Below are positions 36,045 to 46,366 of a DNA stretch of 64,000 nt, in pieces. The translations under genes were made by a program, and so were the position numbers. Each line of letters starts with the position of its first letter. The stretch's first letter is position 1. The notes below the pieces were generated by a model. It ran no database searches and had not been told where the DNA came from. It saw only the letters and a program-made list of their open reading frames with translations. Source of the stretch: Chloroflexota bacterium (GTDB taxonomy: Bacteria; Chloroflexota; Anaerolineae; Anaerolineales; Villigracilaceae); the NCBI GenBank assembly GCA_016235445.1, contig JACRLB010000032.1:10373-74372 (forward strand), written 5' to 3'.

Positions 36045-36101
36045 AAACGTCCCGAAGGTTGCCGTCAGGCGCCTAAATTTGTAGAAACCTTCGGGGCGTT
36101 T
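36045..36101. repeat. REP-like ccgaaggtt/aaccttcgg hairpin (same family at ~14047-14102 and a half copy at ~49781)
   Basis: aaacgtcccgaaggtt ... aaccttcggggcgttt. Confidence 0.7.
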
Positions 36102-36174
36102 CCCATGATTATTGAGAAGATACCCTTTGTGGACTTTGTGGTAAAGGTTTTGAAATGCGACATTGTCAAAGTAC

Positions 36175-36729
36175 CTACAATTTGGGCAAAACAATGGATT
36201 GCTGTTTCTGGTATTTTCCCTTTTTATCCGCGTAAGAGATATTGCATTCTTCATCTGCCTCGAAGAACAGCACCTGCGCCAGGCCTTCGTTTGCATAGAT
36301 TTTGGCAGGGAGCGGCGTGGTGTTGGAAATCTCAAGCGTCACAAACCCCTCCCACTCAGGCTCGAACGGCGTCACATTGACGATGATCCCACAGCGCGCA
36401 TAAGTAGACTTGCCCAGGCAGACCGTCAACACCTTGCGCGGGATGCGGAAATACTCCACCGTGCGCGCCAGGGCAAAGGAATTCGGCGGGACAACACACA
36501 CATCCCCCACAAAATCCACCATAGATTTTGTATCGAAATGCTTCGGGTCAACCGTGGCGGAGAAAACATTGGTAAAAATCTTGAACTCGTTGGCAACGCG
36601 CACATCATAGCCGTACGATGAAACCCCGTACGAAATCACCCCTTCTCGAACCTGATTTTCAATAAATGGTTCGATCATCTTGTGTTCGTGCGCCATCTTG
36701 CGGATCCAGTGATCTGGCTTTAAACCCAT
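36175..36729 (-). CDS. dcd: dCTP deaminase
   Basis: [40 protein letters not shown]. Confidence 0.97.
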   Translation of the reverse strand: MGLKPDHWIRKMAHEHKMIEPFIENQVREGVISYGVSSYGYDVRVANEFKIFTNVFSATVDPKHFDTKSMVDFVGDVCVVPPNSFALARTVEYFRIPRKVLTVCLGKSTYARCGIIVNVTPFEPEWEGFVTLEISNTTPLPAKIYANEGLAQVLFFEADEECNISYADKKGKYQKQQSIVLPKL

Positions 36730-36875
36730 TTTTTCTCCTTGACCTCGGTTGGATAAAATAGTACTCCCCCGATTTTATAACAAAACTGCAAATACGCAAT
36801 TGCAACTTCCTGATATATAATCGCCGTCATGGCCTTCGGGCTAATTAATGTCAATACACAAGGAGAGAATTGATA

Positions 36876-37469
36876 ATGAAAAAGTTTTTGGGATTTCTTG
36901 GCAACGAGTTCCTGCTCGGCACGCTGATCGCCCTATTGAGCGTGCTCACGGCCCTAGCCAGTTATCAGGGCGCGCTCGCCGGCGGAAAACAGAACGATTA
37001 CGAGATCGAAGGCATGAAAAGCCTCAATGACGGCAATGCCGAGTATCTCACATCCAACCAGGAAATTACACAGGACTACAGTTATTACGACACCTGGTAC
37101 ATTAATCAGGAAACCAACCCCGATATAGCGGATTATTTTCAAGCCGAATTTTCGGACGAACTGTTGGACGCCATTGAACGTTCGGGAAGTGAAAACCCCT
37201 TTGACGAGGAATATTACAACGCAAAATATCAGATCCCAAGCGAGTATTTTGACGAATCTGACATCAACTTCGAAACCGCCGGCGATTGGAATGAGCGCGG
37301 CGATCAACTTCAGCTCGTTTTGACGATCATGGCAATTGGCCTGGCATTCGCCGCCTGGGCATCCCTGATGAAAGAGGAAAGCAACTTGCGGGTCTTCTTC
37401 TCCCTATTCGCGATCATCACACTGCTAATAGGATTAATCACATACTTGAGCGTTCCTGTTATCGGATAA
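36876..37469 (+). CDS. Hypothetical membrane protein (possibly DUF4337-like)
   Basis: aaggaga SD; one N-terminal TM segment, an acidic loop, two C-terminal TM segments. Family assignment tentative. Confidence 0.65.
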   Translation: MKKFLGFLGNEFLLGTLIALLSVLTALASYQGALAGGKQNDYEIEGMKSLNDGNAEYLTSNQEITQDYSYYDTWYINQETNPDIADYFQAEFSDELLDAIERSGSENPFDEEYYNAKYQIPSEYFDESDINFETAGDWNERGDQLQLVLTIMAIGLAFAAWASLMKEESNLRVFFSLFAIITLLIGLITYLSVPVIG

Positions 37470-37564
37470 CAAATATAAAATTCCAGGGACTCCGTCTTAC
37501 GAAGGCGGAGTCTTGTATTTACCAGGACTTTCAAAGTCTTTTTAATACAGGTACAATACGAGCC

Positions 37565-38392
37565 ATGACACCACAAACATACAGGCAAGCCGTCAACGAA
37601 TGGCGCAAAGAACGCGATGAAACCATCCGCAAGGAAAATGGATGGCTTGCGCTTTCAGGACTCTACTGGCTCAAACTTGGAAAGAATCAAATTGGTTCCG
37701 ACCCGAAATCTGAAATCCAACTGCCCGAACGCATCCCTGCCAACATCGGTTATTTCGACTACAACGGCAAATCCGTCACCTTTCGCGCGGCTTCGGGTCA
37801 CAAAGTTCAAGTAAACGACAAACAAACAGACTTTGCCATCCTGCAACCCGATATCTCAGAGAACCCCAGCTATATAAAATTGCAGGATGTTCAACTCGTC
37901 ATCATTCAACGCGGCAATCGGATGGGCGTGCGCATGTGGGACAACCAGCGCGAAGAGCGGCGCTCCTTCCCCGCCCGAAGCTGGTACGACATCGACGAAA
38001 AATTTCGCCTCCCCGCAACATACACCGCCTACGACCGCCCCAAGATGGCCTATTTCCCGGACATCACCGGTGAAAAATCCGAATTTCCCGTGGATGGATA
38101 TTTATCCTTCGCGTTTGAAGGAAATCATTATCAACTGGACATCAACAAGGAAAATGACGGCACCCTCTTCATCCGTTTCCGCGACCCCACCAGCAGGGAT
38201 GAAACCTACCCCACTGGCCGCTACCTCAGCGCAGACGCGGAATCGGACGGTAAAATCTTTCTTGACTTCAACAAGGCCTACTGCCCGCCCTGCGCCTTTA
38301 CAGATTTTGCCACCTGTGTCTTTGCCCCCGAACAAAACCTTTTGGATTTCAACGTAACCGCCGGCGAAACCTACCTCCGCCGCGAAAACTAA
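37565..38392 (+). CDS. DUF1684 domain-containing protein
   Basis: GWLALSGLYWL, FRDPTS...TYPTGRYL, DFNKAYCPPCAF, AGE. Confidence 0.88.
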   Translation: MTPQTYRQAVNEWRKERDETIRKENGWLALSGLYWLKLGKNQIGSDPKSEIQLPERIPANIGYFDYNGKSVTFRAASGHKVQVNDKQTDFAILQPDISENPSYIKLQDVQLVIIQRGNRMGVRMWDNQREERRSFPARSWYDIDEKFRLPATYTAYDRPKMAYFPDITGEKSEFPVDGYLSFAFEGNHYQLDINKENDGTLFIRFRDPTSRDETYPTGRYLSADAESDGKIFLDFNKAYCPPCAFTDFATCVFAPEQNLLDFNVTAGETYLRREN

Positions 38393-38414
38393 AAACAGAA
38401 ACAGCCGCCAGTTC

Positions 38415-38455
38415 AACAGAAGAGCCGGGAAATCCCGGCTCTTCTGTTTTTTTTT
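38415..38455. terminator. Bidirectional terminator
   Basis: 16-bp stem aacagaagagccggga/tcccggctcttctgtt with T tract. Confidence 0.85.
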
Positions 38456-38489
38456 CGTTTTTGCTTATTTCACATTCACAAGGCAGACG

Positions 38490-41157
38490 CTACGGCACGT
38501 AGTATTCGATGATGAGTTGTGGCCTGTTCGCCGCCGCGGCATTGCCGCTGTAAATCTTGAGGAAATCCGCTCCGAGATCGTTGTTGTCATCAATGGCGAA
38601 GCGCAGGCGGAATTGAGTAACGCCCAGCTTGTTGATGTATTGGAAGTTGGCGGCGCTGAACAACTTCGAATACCAGTTGTTGACCTTGGCGCTGGTATAG
38701 GACAGCACATTGTTCTTGCTGGCAGTGGCTTTGAAATCATTGAGTTGCAGGGCCGCATTATTGCTGAACGCTCCCTTGCGGACATCCACAAGCAGGTTGC
38801 CGTGGGCGGTGAATGGTGATGTGCCAGTGAAGTCGATATGCTTGAACTTGAGGGTGGCTTTTGTGATGACAGCATTATCGGGCAGGATGGATGTGTCAAA
38901 TGACAGGATGGCGCGATACTGTCTGTTGGCAGGATCATCTCCCAGATTAAGAGTCGAGGCGGTGGTGTTCACCGTCCCACCCAAGCCGCTGGTCTCCGTC
39001 AATTCAAGAATCCATCCATCCTGCGCGGCAGTGGATGTGACGGGTTATGGTTTTGTTGATATCGTAGGTTTCGCCATTTATATAAGGAAGGCCGCTGAGC
39101 GGGTTCCCGGCCAGGTCGGTGATGGTTGCCGTGTTGGGAACATCAAGGCGGATGGTTCCATTGCCAGAACCAGTGTTAACAGTGACTACATAGGTATCAC
39201 CTGAACCGCTGACGCCCGAAACAGATGCTCCTGTAACACCCGTTGAGGCGAGGGTAAAGTCGTTTGTATCGAGATTTATCACAGGTTTGGAGAATGTTAA
39301 ATTGAAATTCAAGCTACGGGCGCTTGCGGGGTTTGTGTTTGCGCGGGTTGAATTCCTTATGATCGGGTAATCTATTGGCGTGGAAGTTGGGGTAAAAGTG
39401 AATGTTGAAGTTGAAGTTGAAGTTGAAGTAAAAGTAAAGGTGGGGGAAGGCGTGAATGTGTAGGTAGGGGTTGGGGTAAACGTGAAGGTTGGCGTTGGGG
39501 TCGAAGTATCTGTTGGCGTTGGGGTATTGGTAGGTGTGTCGGTTGGGGTGGAGGTAGGAGTTGGCGTGAGTGTTATTGTGGGTGTGTTCGAAGGGGTCAG
39601 AGTGTATGTGGAAGTCGGCGGCACAGGGGTGGCTGTGGCATTCGAGTATGAGACATTCACAGAGACCCAGTCGAGTGAGAAATCACTTTCTGTATTGCTG
39701 GAAACATTGCGTATTCGCAGGCGGAAATTATTATTTGTGAAACTATCTGCGCTCCAGGATAATCCCCAAAGGTTGATGGCGCTGCCAACCAGGTAAGTAG
39801 TTTCGCTGGTACCCAAGGTTGGGGTGTTCTTCCAGGCTGAATACAACTGGCCGTTATTAGGCGAGATCGATACGCACATTTTTGGATCCCCCACTGCGGA
39901 ATCAGCCATTGCATCCAGGCGGACTTGAATGCCTTTAATAGTGGCGCCTGTTGGAATGGAAAAATTGTAGTTAAAGTATCTATGGGTATCTTTTCCTGAG
40001 GTGTCAGTATTACAGCTTGTGGTGGCGCTGGTACCGCTATCCACATCTATTGCAAACACGTCACCATCGCTAAAAGCGCCGACTGGATCAATCTCAAAGC
40101 CGTTCCCGTCGCCGCCTGAGGTTGTGGTCTGCTCACCTGGGTTGTTCCATCCCGTGGTAATGGTTGGAGGCGCGGGCGTTGCAGTGTTATGGGGCGTAGT
40201 GAGAGTGTAGGTGTCTTGCAGGGTTCCCCCGTTGCCAATTGAATAAAATTCAAACGTGAGAGCTGTGTCGCTGGCGGTGATTCGCTGGGCGCCACGATCC
40301 GCGTTATAGCGGAATTCACTGCCTACAACGTACAAAGGTGGTTCCACAAATGGATATGTTGAAGCGCCGCCCAGGCCGTTTACGAAATAAACGATGCCAT
40401 CCTTCAGAATGCGTTCGTACAGGTGTTCATTGCCCGACAAAACTGCGTCAGCCCCCCATTGAGCAAACGGCCATTGCATTCGCGTGGTCGAGCCATGCAC
40501 GATTCCCGAAGAATAGGGAGGGTCGGGGACGACGACAAGATTCCAAATGGAGGTTGAAGCGGCGAGTTGAGTTTGCAGCCACTGTGCCTGTACCGAGGCG
40601 CTGTCGTTGCCATCAGGCTCTGCACCCACAGCGTCGTAGCTGTTCAGAACGAAGAAATGCACCGGCCCGGAGACGAAATCATAATAGCGCTCATTATTGG
40701 AAGAACTGGTATAGCCGCCGCCGGGCAGGTTGAAATAATCTGTATAGGTTGTGGGCAGGCCGTTGGTTGTGCCTGCATCATCGTAATCGTGATCGCCCAG
40801 GGCTGGAAAAAATCTATTGACTGATGCCTGCCCCACAGGGCAAAATGTGCCAGCGGTGGTTATATCTTTCAGGAAAGCGCAGTAATATTTTCCAACAGCC
40901 ATGTCGTATTCTTGCGAGCCTTCCCCCAGCGCCTCGATATAATAATTATCGCCAAGGGTAATAACAAGTTCAGGATTCCAGCCGGCAACCATATTGGCAA
41001 CGGCCGCCTCCGATGAATTGTTCACGCCGTAATCCCCAATGGCGGCGAAGGTGATAACAGAGGATTGCGGCTCAACCAACCTGGGGGTATTTGTACTTAT
41101 AAAAAAAACAACGAACAATATTGTGGCAAAGGCAAAGGCAAAGCCCAGTCTTTTCAT
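38490..41157 (-). pseudogene. Secreted metallophosphoesterase + Pro/Thr linker + Ig-like + shared C-terminal (DNRLRE-like) domain, split by a 1-bp frameshift
   Basis: Signal peptide; GDYG, LGDNYY, GDHDY and GNEHLYER phosphoesterase motifs. Removing one base at 39042-39044 joins KTIT to VTSTAAQDGWILELTETSG and the 38490-39002 ORF, matching three neighbouring genes. Could be a sequencing error. Confidence 0.75.
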
Positions 41158-41210
41158 GTATTTCCTCTCAACACTTCTTGACAACATGGTTGTTCGCCAT
41201 ATCCGGGAAA

Positions 41211-41220
41211 ATTATAACAA
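41211..41220 (-). promoter_or_regulatory. Extended -10 promoter of the phosphoesterase gene
   Basis: TG-t-TATAAT on the minus strand, about 54 bp upstream of the ATG; palindrome acaac-atg-gttgt at 41181-41193. Confidence 0.5.
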
Positions 41221-41372
41221 TGAATTTCCACCTATTCGTTGCAGATATCTGGCTAACTGGTGAGGCCTTGAATTTGCGGCTTGATTACCGCAAACAGAAA
41301 CACCCCCACGATACACAGCGGGGATGTTTCTGCGGCTGGTAAATCTCTCAGGATGAAAACCCGCATCCCCCT

Positions 41373-43832
41373 CTACGGGACGTAGTATTCAATTATCAAC
41401 CGAGGGCGGTTCGCCGCCGCGGCATTCCCGCTGTAAATCTTGAGGAAATCCGCGCCATTGTCGTTGTTGTCGTCTATCTTGAAGCGCAGACGGAATTGAG
41501 TGGAGCCCCCCTTGTGAATGTATTGGAAGTTCACAGCGTTGAGCGCTTTGATATACCAGCTACTGACCGTGGCGCTGGTATAGACCAGCACCCCGTTCTT
41601 GCTGGCTGTGGCCTTGAAATCGTTGAGTTGCAGGGCCGCATTGGCGCTCAAGGGTCCCTTGCGGATGTCCGCTACCAGATTGCCATGTGTGGTGAAAGGT
41701 GACGTTCCTGTGAAGCCGATATGCTTGAACTTGAGATTGACCTTGGTGATAATGGCATTATCGGGCAGGGAAGCGGTGTTGAAAGAGAGGATGGCGCGGT
41801 ATTGCCTGTCGGCCGCATCGTCACCGAGGTAGAGTTGGGCGGCGGCGCTGTTCATGCTTCCGCCCGTGCCACTCGTTTCGGTGGATTCGAGTATCCATCC
41901 ATCCTGGGAGGCCGTGGGATAAAAGGCAACAGTTACATTGCTCTCCACCGAACCGATGTCGCAGTGCGTGCCTTGCGGACGGGTGCGTCCGTTTTGCGAG
42001 GTGTTATTGACCGGCGCGGCGGCGCAGACCGCATCGTTGCCCGCGTCGATGGCGGGGGAGCCAGGGTTGAGGGGCAGATAGGCCGGAGAACCAGTCAACA
42101 GACCGAGGTTTGGGTCTGAGTTGTCGGTCAAATCGCAGGGAAGACTGCCGTTGGATTCGATCAGGTTATTGAGCACAGTCACGGTAGCGGTGTTTGTACT
42201 GCAATCGCCGTCGCCGTTTATGGAATTGGCGATAATAGTGTTGTAGAGATTCAAAACGCCCACGTTTTTGATGCCGCTGCCCGATCCGGACGCAGAGTTG
42301 TTCGAGAAGGTGCTGTTGGTGACGGTGGCGGCGCCATTGTAGTTGTAAAACCCGCCACCATCGAAGCTTGTGGCGTTGTTACCGTAAAAAGTGCTGTTGG
42401 CAATGGTGACCGTGCCGCCATCATTATCCACGCCGCCGGAGCCATTTGCCACGTTGTTGAGAAAAGCGCTGTTGGTGATGGTGACCTGTCCAGAGATATT
42501 GGCAAGCCCGCCGCCGTATGCACCGCTGGCGTTGCCGTGCTCAACGGTGATGTTTTGCAGAGTAAAGGAAGAACTCGGTGAGACGACAAAGGGACGATGC
42601 AGATCGTTGCCGCTCACAGTGATGTCTCCACCGCCGTCAAGGATGAGACCCAGCCCGCCGTTGATATTCTGCAATCCTGAGCCAAGCGTTATGGTGGCTG
42701 TGCCGAGCGCATCACTAAAGAGGATGGTATCAAGGCCCGTCCCCGCGGCGCAGGCATCCACAGCGGAGTTGGTGTTGGCGGCTTCGATGGCTTCGCGCAG
42801 AGAGCAGTCGCCATCGCTGTTGAGTTCATCAGTGGCGGTGTTGACGGTGATGGTGGCGCTGGGAGTTTCAAAGCGGGCGACGTAATCGGCATTCGCATCC
42901 CCGCCCGCGTTGATGAAATCCCCGCCCGCGTACACATCCGCGCCGCTGATGGCGATGGCATTGACCGAGTTATCCAACGGCGTTGAACCCAGCGCTGACC
43001 ATACTCCGCCGCTGAAGTGGGCGATGTAGTCGGCATTCGCATCCCCGCCTGCATCAAGGAAACCCCCGCCCGCATAAACATCCGTCCCGCTGATGGCGAT
43101 GGCATAGACAGGGTTATTCAACGGCGTCGCGCCCAGAGCTGACCATACTCCGCCACTGAATTTAGCGATGTAATCCGCATTCGCGTCCCCGCCTGCATTG
43201 AAGAATAACCCGCCCGCGTACACATCCGCCCCGCTGATGGCGATGGCATAGACACTGTTATTCAACGATGTCGCGCCCAGAGCAGACCAAGCCCCGCCGC
43301 TGAATTTGGCAATGTAATCCGCATTCGCGTCCCCGCCTGCATCCGTGAAAGTCCCGCCCGCGTACACATCCGCCCCGCTGACGGCGATGGTATTGACAGT
43401 GTTATTCAACGGTGTCCCGCCCAGAGCTGACCATACTCCGCCGCTGAATTTGGCAATGAAATCCGCATTCGCATCCCCGCCTGCATTGAGAAATGCCCCG
43501 CCCGCGTACACATCCGCCCCGCTGATGGCGATGGTATTGACATAGTTATTCAATCCAGTTCCCAGTGCGTTCCACACATTGGGGGAAGCCAGCGGCTTGA
43601 AAGTCGGCCCAAGCGCTGGGTCGAGGCTGACATCGAAATTGGTGATGTCGAGCTCGCCGCTGTAGCCTGTGCTCAAATCCAGCGTGCCGTCTGCGTTGAG
43701 CAGGCGCTCCACGGGCAGGGATGCGGCGTTACCCTCCGCCGCCTGGGCAGGCGTGGCTCTGCCAAGCAGTGAAGCCAGCAGAACAAAGACAAACAAAAAA
43801 TTAAATGAAAACTTTGAAAAGCGGGATTTCAT
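41373..43832 (-). CDS. Secreted protein: five 48-aa beta-propeller-like repeats + CSLREA domain + beta-helix/choice-of-anchor-Q-like region + shared C-terminal domain
   Basis: Signal peptide after aaggaga SD; five 144-bp repeats; GDCSLREAI; GSPAIDAG...QNGRTRPQGTHCDIGSVE; ends RPRLIIEYYVP. Confidence 0.85.
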   Translation of the reverse strand: MKSRFSKFSFNFLFVFVLLASLLGRATPAQAAEGNAASLPVERLLNADGTLDLSTGYSGELDITNFDVSLDPALGPTFKPLASPNVWNALGTGLNNYVNTIAISGADVYAGGAFLNAGGDANADFIAKFSGGVWSALGGTPLNNTVNTIAVSGADVYAGGTFTDAGGDANADYIAKFSGGAWSALGATSLNNSVYAIAISGADVYAGGLFFNAGGDANADYIAKFSGGVWSALGATPLNNPVYAIAISGTDVYAGGGFLDAGGDANADYIAHFSGGVWSALGSTPLDNSVNAIAISGADVYAGGDFINAGGDANADYVARFETPSATITVNTATDELNSDGDCSLREAIEAANTNSAVDACAAGTGLDTILFSDALGTATITLGSGLQNINGGLGLILDGGGDITVSGNDLHRPFVVSPSSSFTLQNITVEHGNASGAYGGGLANISGQVTITNSAFLNNVANGSGGVDNDGGTVTIANSTFYGNNATSFDGGGFYNYNGAATVTNSTFSNNSASGSGSGIKNVGVLNLYNTIIANSINGDGDCSTNTATVTVLNNLIESNGSLPCDLTDNSDPNLGLLTGSPAYLPLNPGSPAIDAGNDAVCAAAPVNNTSQNGRTRPQGTHCDIGSVESNVTVAFYPTASQDGWILESTETSGTGGSMNSAAAQLYLGDDAADRQYRAILSFNTASLPDNAIITKVNLKFKHIGFTGTSPFTTHGNLVADIRKGPLSANAALQLNDFKATASKNGVLVYTSATVSSWYIKALNAVNFQYIHKGGSTQFRLRFKIDDNNDNGADFLKIYSGNAAAANRPRLIIEYYVP

Positions 43833-43934
43833 GAACATTTCTCCTTGTAGGTTGGATATACCAGAGTGGAAAGACTGCAAGAGATTTATCCCACGCCTTC
43901 GTTTCAAGTATATTGGAAGGTTTGAACAAGAGCT

Positions 43935-43963
43935 ATTGTATGAGAATTATCTGGATTGGACAA
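43935..43963 (-). promoter_or_regulatory. sigma70 promoter (duplicated at 46469-46497)
   Basis: TTGTCC-17-TACAAT here and TTGTCT-17-TAAAAT in the second copy; an upstream hairpin (43985-44016 and 46519-46550) separates it from the preceding gene. Confidence 0.6.
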
Positions 43964-44055
43964 CCATCCAAAAGGGGGAAAATTCAGCCCCCGCATCCTG
44001 CTGGATGTGAGGGCTGATTCTGTTTTCTCCATCAATTCCCCCGGCTGATAGTTTT

Positions 44056-44190
44056 CCAGCCACCTGACACTTTGTTTTTTTGGACGCAGATGAACGCTGA
44101 AAACGCTGATTCAAACCATTTTGCTCTTGTTTTCTATCTGCGTTCATCTGCGTTTATCTGCGTCCCATTTTTAAAACTGTCAGATGGATA
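44056..44190. mobile_element. 135-bp MITE-like insertion with 9-bp target-site duplication
   Basis: gatagtttt at 44047-44055 and 44191-44199; a single copy at the empty paralogous site (46581); imperfect TIRs cca(c/t)ctgaca. Confidence 0.88.
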
Positions 44191-44218
44191 GATAGTTTTT
44201 CAATTCACCGTCAACTTC

Positions 44219-46366
44219 CTACGGCACGTAATACTCAATCACCAACTGAGGCCTGTTCACGGCCCCCGCATTCCCGCTGTAGATCTTGAGGAAATTGGCA
44301 ACAGCGTTGTTGTTGTCATCCAGCTTGAAGCGCAGGCGCATCTGCGTCAGCCCTCCGCCCGTGCCAAGTTTATTGATAAAAGTTTTTGCAGGCGTCAGAT
44401 TCAAGTTGTACCAGCCTGCGGTCAATGCGGGGGATGTCGGTCCAACGGTCTTGCTGGCAGTGGCATTGAAATCCCCAAGCGCGAGTGGCGCAGTGCCGAA
44501 CATGCCTTTCTTGATGTCCACCACAAAGCCCTGGAACATGCCGACTGGGTTTCCACCGCCAACCACGCCCTGTCGCTTGAGTTTGAGGGTGACTTTGGTA
44601 ACGATGGCGTTATCAGGCAGGGTGGATGTGTTGAATGACAGGATGGAGCGATACTGTCTTTTAGCGGCATCATCTCCCAGATTAAGAGTCGAGGCGGCGC
44701 TGTTCATCGTTCCGCCCACGCCGCTGGTTTCCGTCGATTCGAGGATAAAGCCATCTTGAGCGCCGGTTGATTTGAAGGTAGTGATTATTGTCTTTTCGAT
44801 ATCATAGGTTTCGCCACTGGTAAAGGGCAGGCCGCTCAATGGATTACTTGACAGGTCAGTGATGGTAGCGGAGGCAGGCACATCGAGACGGATGGTGCCG
44901 TTGCCTGTGCCGGTGGAAACTGTCACAGTGTAGGAACTGCCCGTGCCGCTGACCCCGCTCACGGCGGCGCCAGAGACGCCGCTTGTCGTCAGGGTGAAAT
45001 CGCCCGTATCCACTCCCATTACAGATTCGGAGAAGGTGACGGTGAAATCTACGCTGGTGAGTGCGGTGGGGTTGGGGCTGGCAAGGGCGCTCGCAGTTAC
45101 AATAATTGGTTGAATCCCAAAGCGGGCAATATGATCCGCGTCCGCATTCCCGCCCGCGTTGGAGAAGTCGCCGCCTGCGTACACATCCGTTCCACTGATG
45201 GTAATGGCATAAACCCAGTTATTCAACGGCGTTGAACCCAGCGCAGACCATGCCGAGCCGCTAAATTTGGCGATGAAATCCGCGTTTGCATCCCCGCCTG
45301 CATTAGCGAAGGATCCGCCTGCGTATACATCTGTCCCGCTGATGGCGATGGCGTAGACAAAATTATCCAATGGTGTTGAACCCAGCGCAGACCATGCCGA
45401 GCCGTTGAATTTGGCGATGTAATCGGCATTCATATCCCCGCCCGCATCCGTGAAAGTCCCGCCCGCGTACACATCTGTCCCGCTGACGGCGATGGCATTG
45501 ACCGATTCATTCAACGACGTCGCACCAAGCGCAGACCAGGCAGAGCCGTCGAATTTGGCGATGAAATCGGCATTCACATCCCCACCCGCATTGAAGAAGG
45601 TTCCACCCGCGTATACATCTGTCCCACTGACGGCGATGGCGTTAACCTGCTGATTCAATGGCGCTGAACCGAGCGCAGACCATGCCGAGCCGTTCCATTT
45701 GGCAATGTAATCCGCGTTCGCATCCCCGCCTGCATCGAGGAATCTCCCGCCCACGTACACGTCTGTTCCGCTGATACCGATGGCATGGACAGCATTGCCC
45801 AACGGCACCGCGCCCAGCGCAGACCATGCCGAGCCGTCGAATTTGGCAATGTAATCCGCATTCGCATCCCCGCCTGCATTCGTAAACCAACCGCCCGCGT
45901 ACACATCCGTCCCACTGACGGCGATGGCAGTGACATAGCTATTCAACGGCGTCGCGCCCAGCGCAGACCAGGCAGAGCCGTCCCATTTGGCAATGTAGTC
46001 GGCGTTCGCATCATAGCCTGCATCGAGAAAGTAGCCGCCCGCGTACACATCCGTCCCGCTGATGAAAATGGTAATTACCGAGGACATCAGCCCGGTTCCC
46101 AGAGCATTCCAACTAATGGTGGTAGCCAGCGGCTTGAAAGTTGGCCCAAGAACGGGGTCGAGGCTGACATCGAAATTGGTAATATCGAGTTCGCCGCTGT
46201 AGCCTGTGCTCAAATCCAGCGTGCCGTCTGTGTTGAGCAGGCGCTCCACGGGCAGGGCTGCGTTACTCTCCGCGGCCTGGGCAGGCGTGGCTCTGCCAAG
46301 CAATGAAGCCAGCAAGACAAAGACAAACAAAAAATTAAATAGAAACTTTGAAAAACGGAATTTCAT
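44219..46366 (-). CDS. Secreted protein: seven 48-aa beta-propeller-like repeats + Ig-like + shared C-terminal domain
   Basis: Signal peptide near-identical to gene 41373; seven repeats ALG-x-PL-x3-V-x-AIAxSGTDVYAGGxF; ends RPQLVIEYYVP. Confidence 0.88.
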   Translation of the reverse strand: MKFRFSKFLFNFLFVFVLLASLLGRATPAQAAESNAALPVERLLNTDGTLDLSTGYSGELDITNFDVSLDPVLGPTFKPLATTISWNALGTGLMSSVITIFISGTDVYAGGYFLDAGYDANADYIAKWDGSAWSALGATPLNSYVTAIAVSGTDVYAGGWFTNAGGDANADYIAKFDGSAWSALGAVPLGNAVHAIGISGTDVYVGGRFLDAGGDANADYIAKWNGSAWSALGSAPLNQQVNAIAVSGTDVYAGGTFFNAGGDVNADFIAKFDGSAWSALGATSLNESVNAIAVSGTDVYAGGTFTDAGGDMNADYIAKFNGSAWSALGSTPLDNFVYAIAISGTDVYAGGSFANAGGDANADFIAKFSGSAWSALGSTPLNNWVYAITISGTDVYAGGDFSNAGGNADADHIARFGIQPIIVTASALASPNPTALTSVDFTVTFSESVMGVDTGDFTLTTSGVSGAAVSGVSGTGSSYTVTVSTGTGNGTIRLDVPASATITDLSSNPLSGLPFTSGETYDIEKTIITTFKSTGAQDGFILESTETSGVGGTMNSAASTLNLGDDAAKRQYRSILSFNTSTLPDNAIVTKVTLKLKRQGVVGGGNPVGMFQGFVVDIKKGMFGTAPLALGDFNATASKTVGPTSPALTAGWYNLNLTPAKTFINKLGTGGGLTQMRLRFKLDDNNNAVANFLKIYSGNAGAVNRPQLVIEYYVP

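Larger units (their letters stand above)
43588..44994. repeat. Direct repeat copy A (5' end of gene 41373, intergenic region, 3' end of gene 44219)
   Basis: Near-identical to 46125-47384 apart from a 144-bp insertion and one extra codon. Confidence 0.9.

Noticed and set aside
36009-36167. gacaatgtcacat/atgcgacattgtc inverted pair as another MITE
   Set aside because: 12/13 IR but no flanking direct repeat; insufficient support
39030-39060. Programmed ribosomal frameshift
   Set aside because: No slippery heptamer, in-frame CCC-stop context or stimulatory structure evident
42880-46110. 144-bp periodic repeats as a CRISPR array
   Set aside because: They are in-frame 48-codon protein repeats with no unique spacers, and no cas genes are in the window
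42880-46110. Diversity-generating retroelement behind the variable repeat positions
   Set aside because: No reverse transcriptase or non-coding template repeat is visible, and the variation is not evidently adenine-specific
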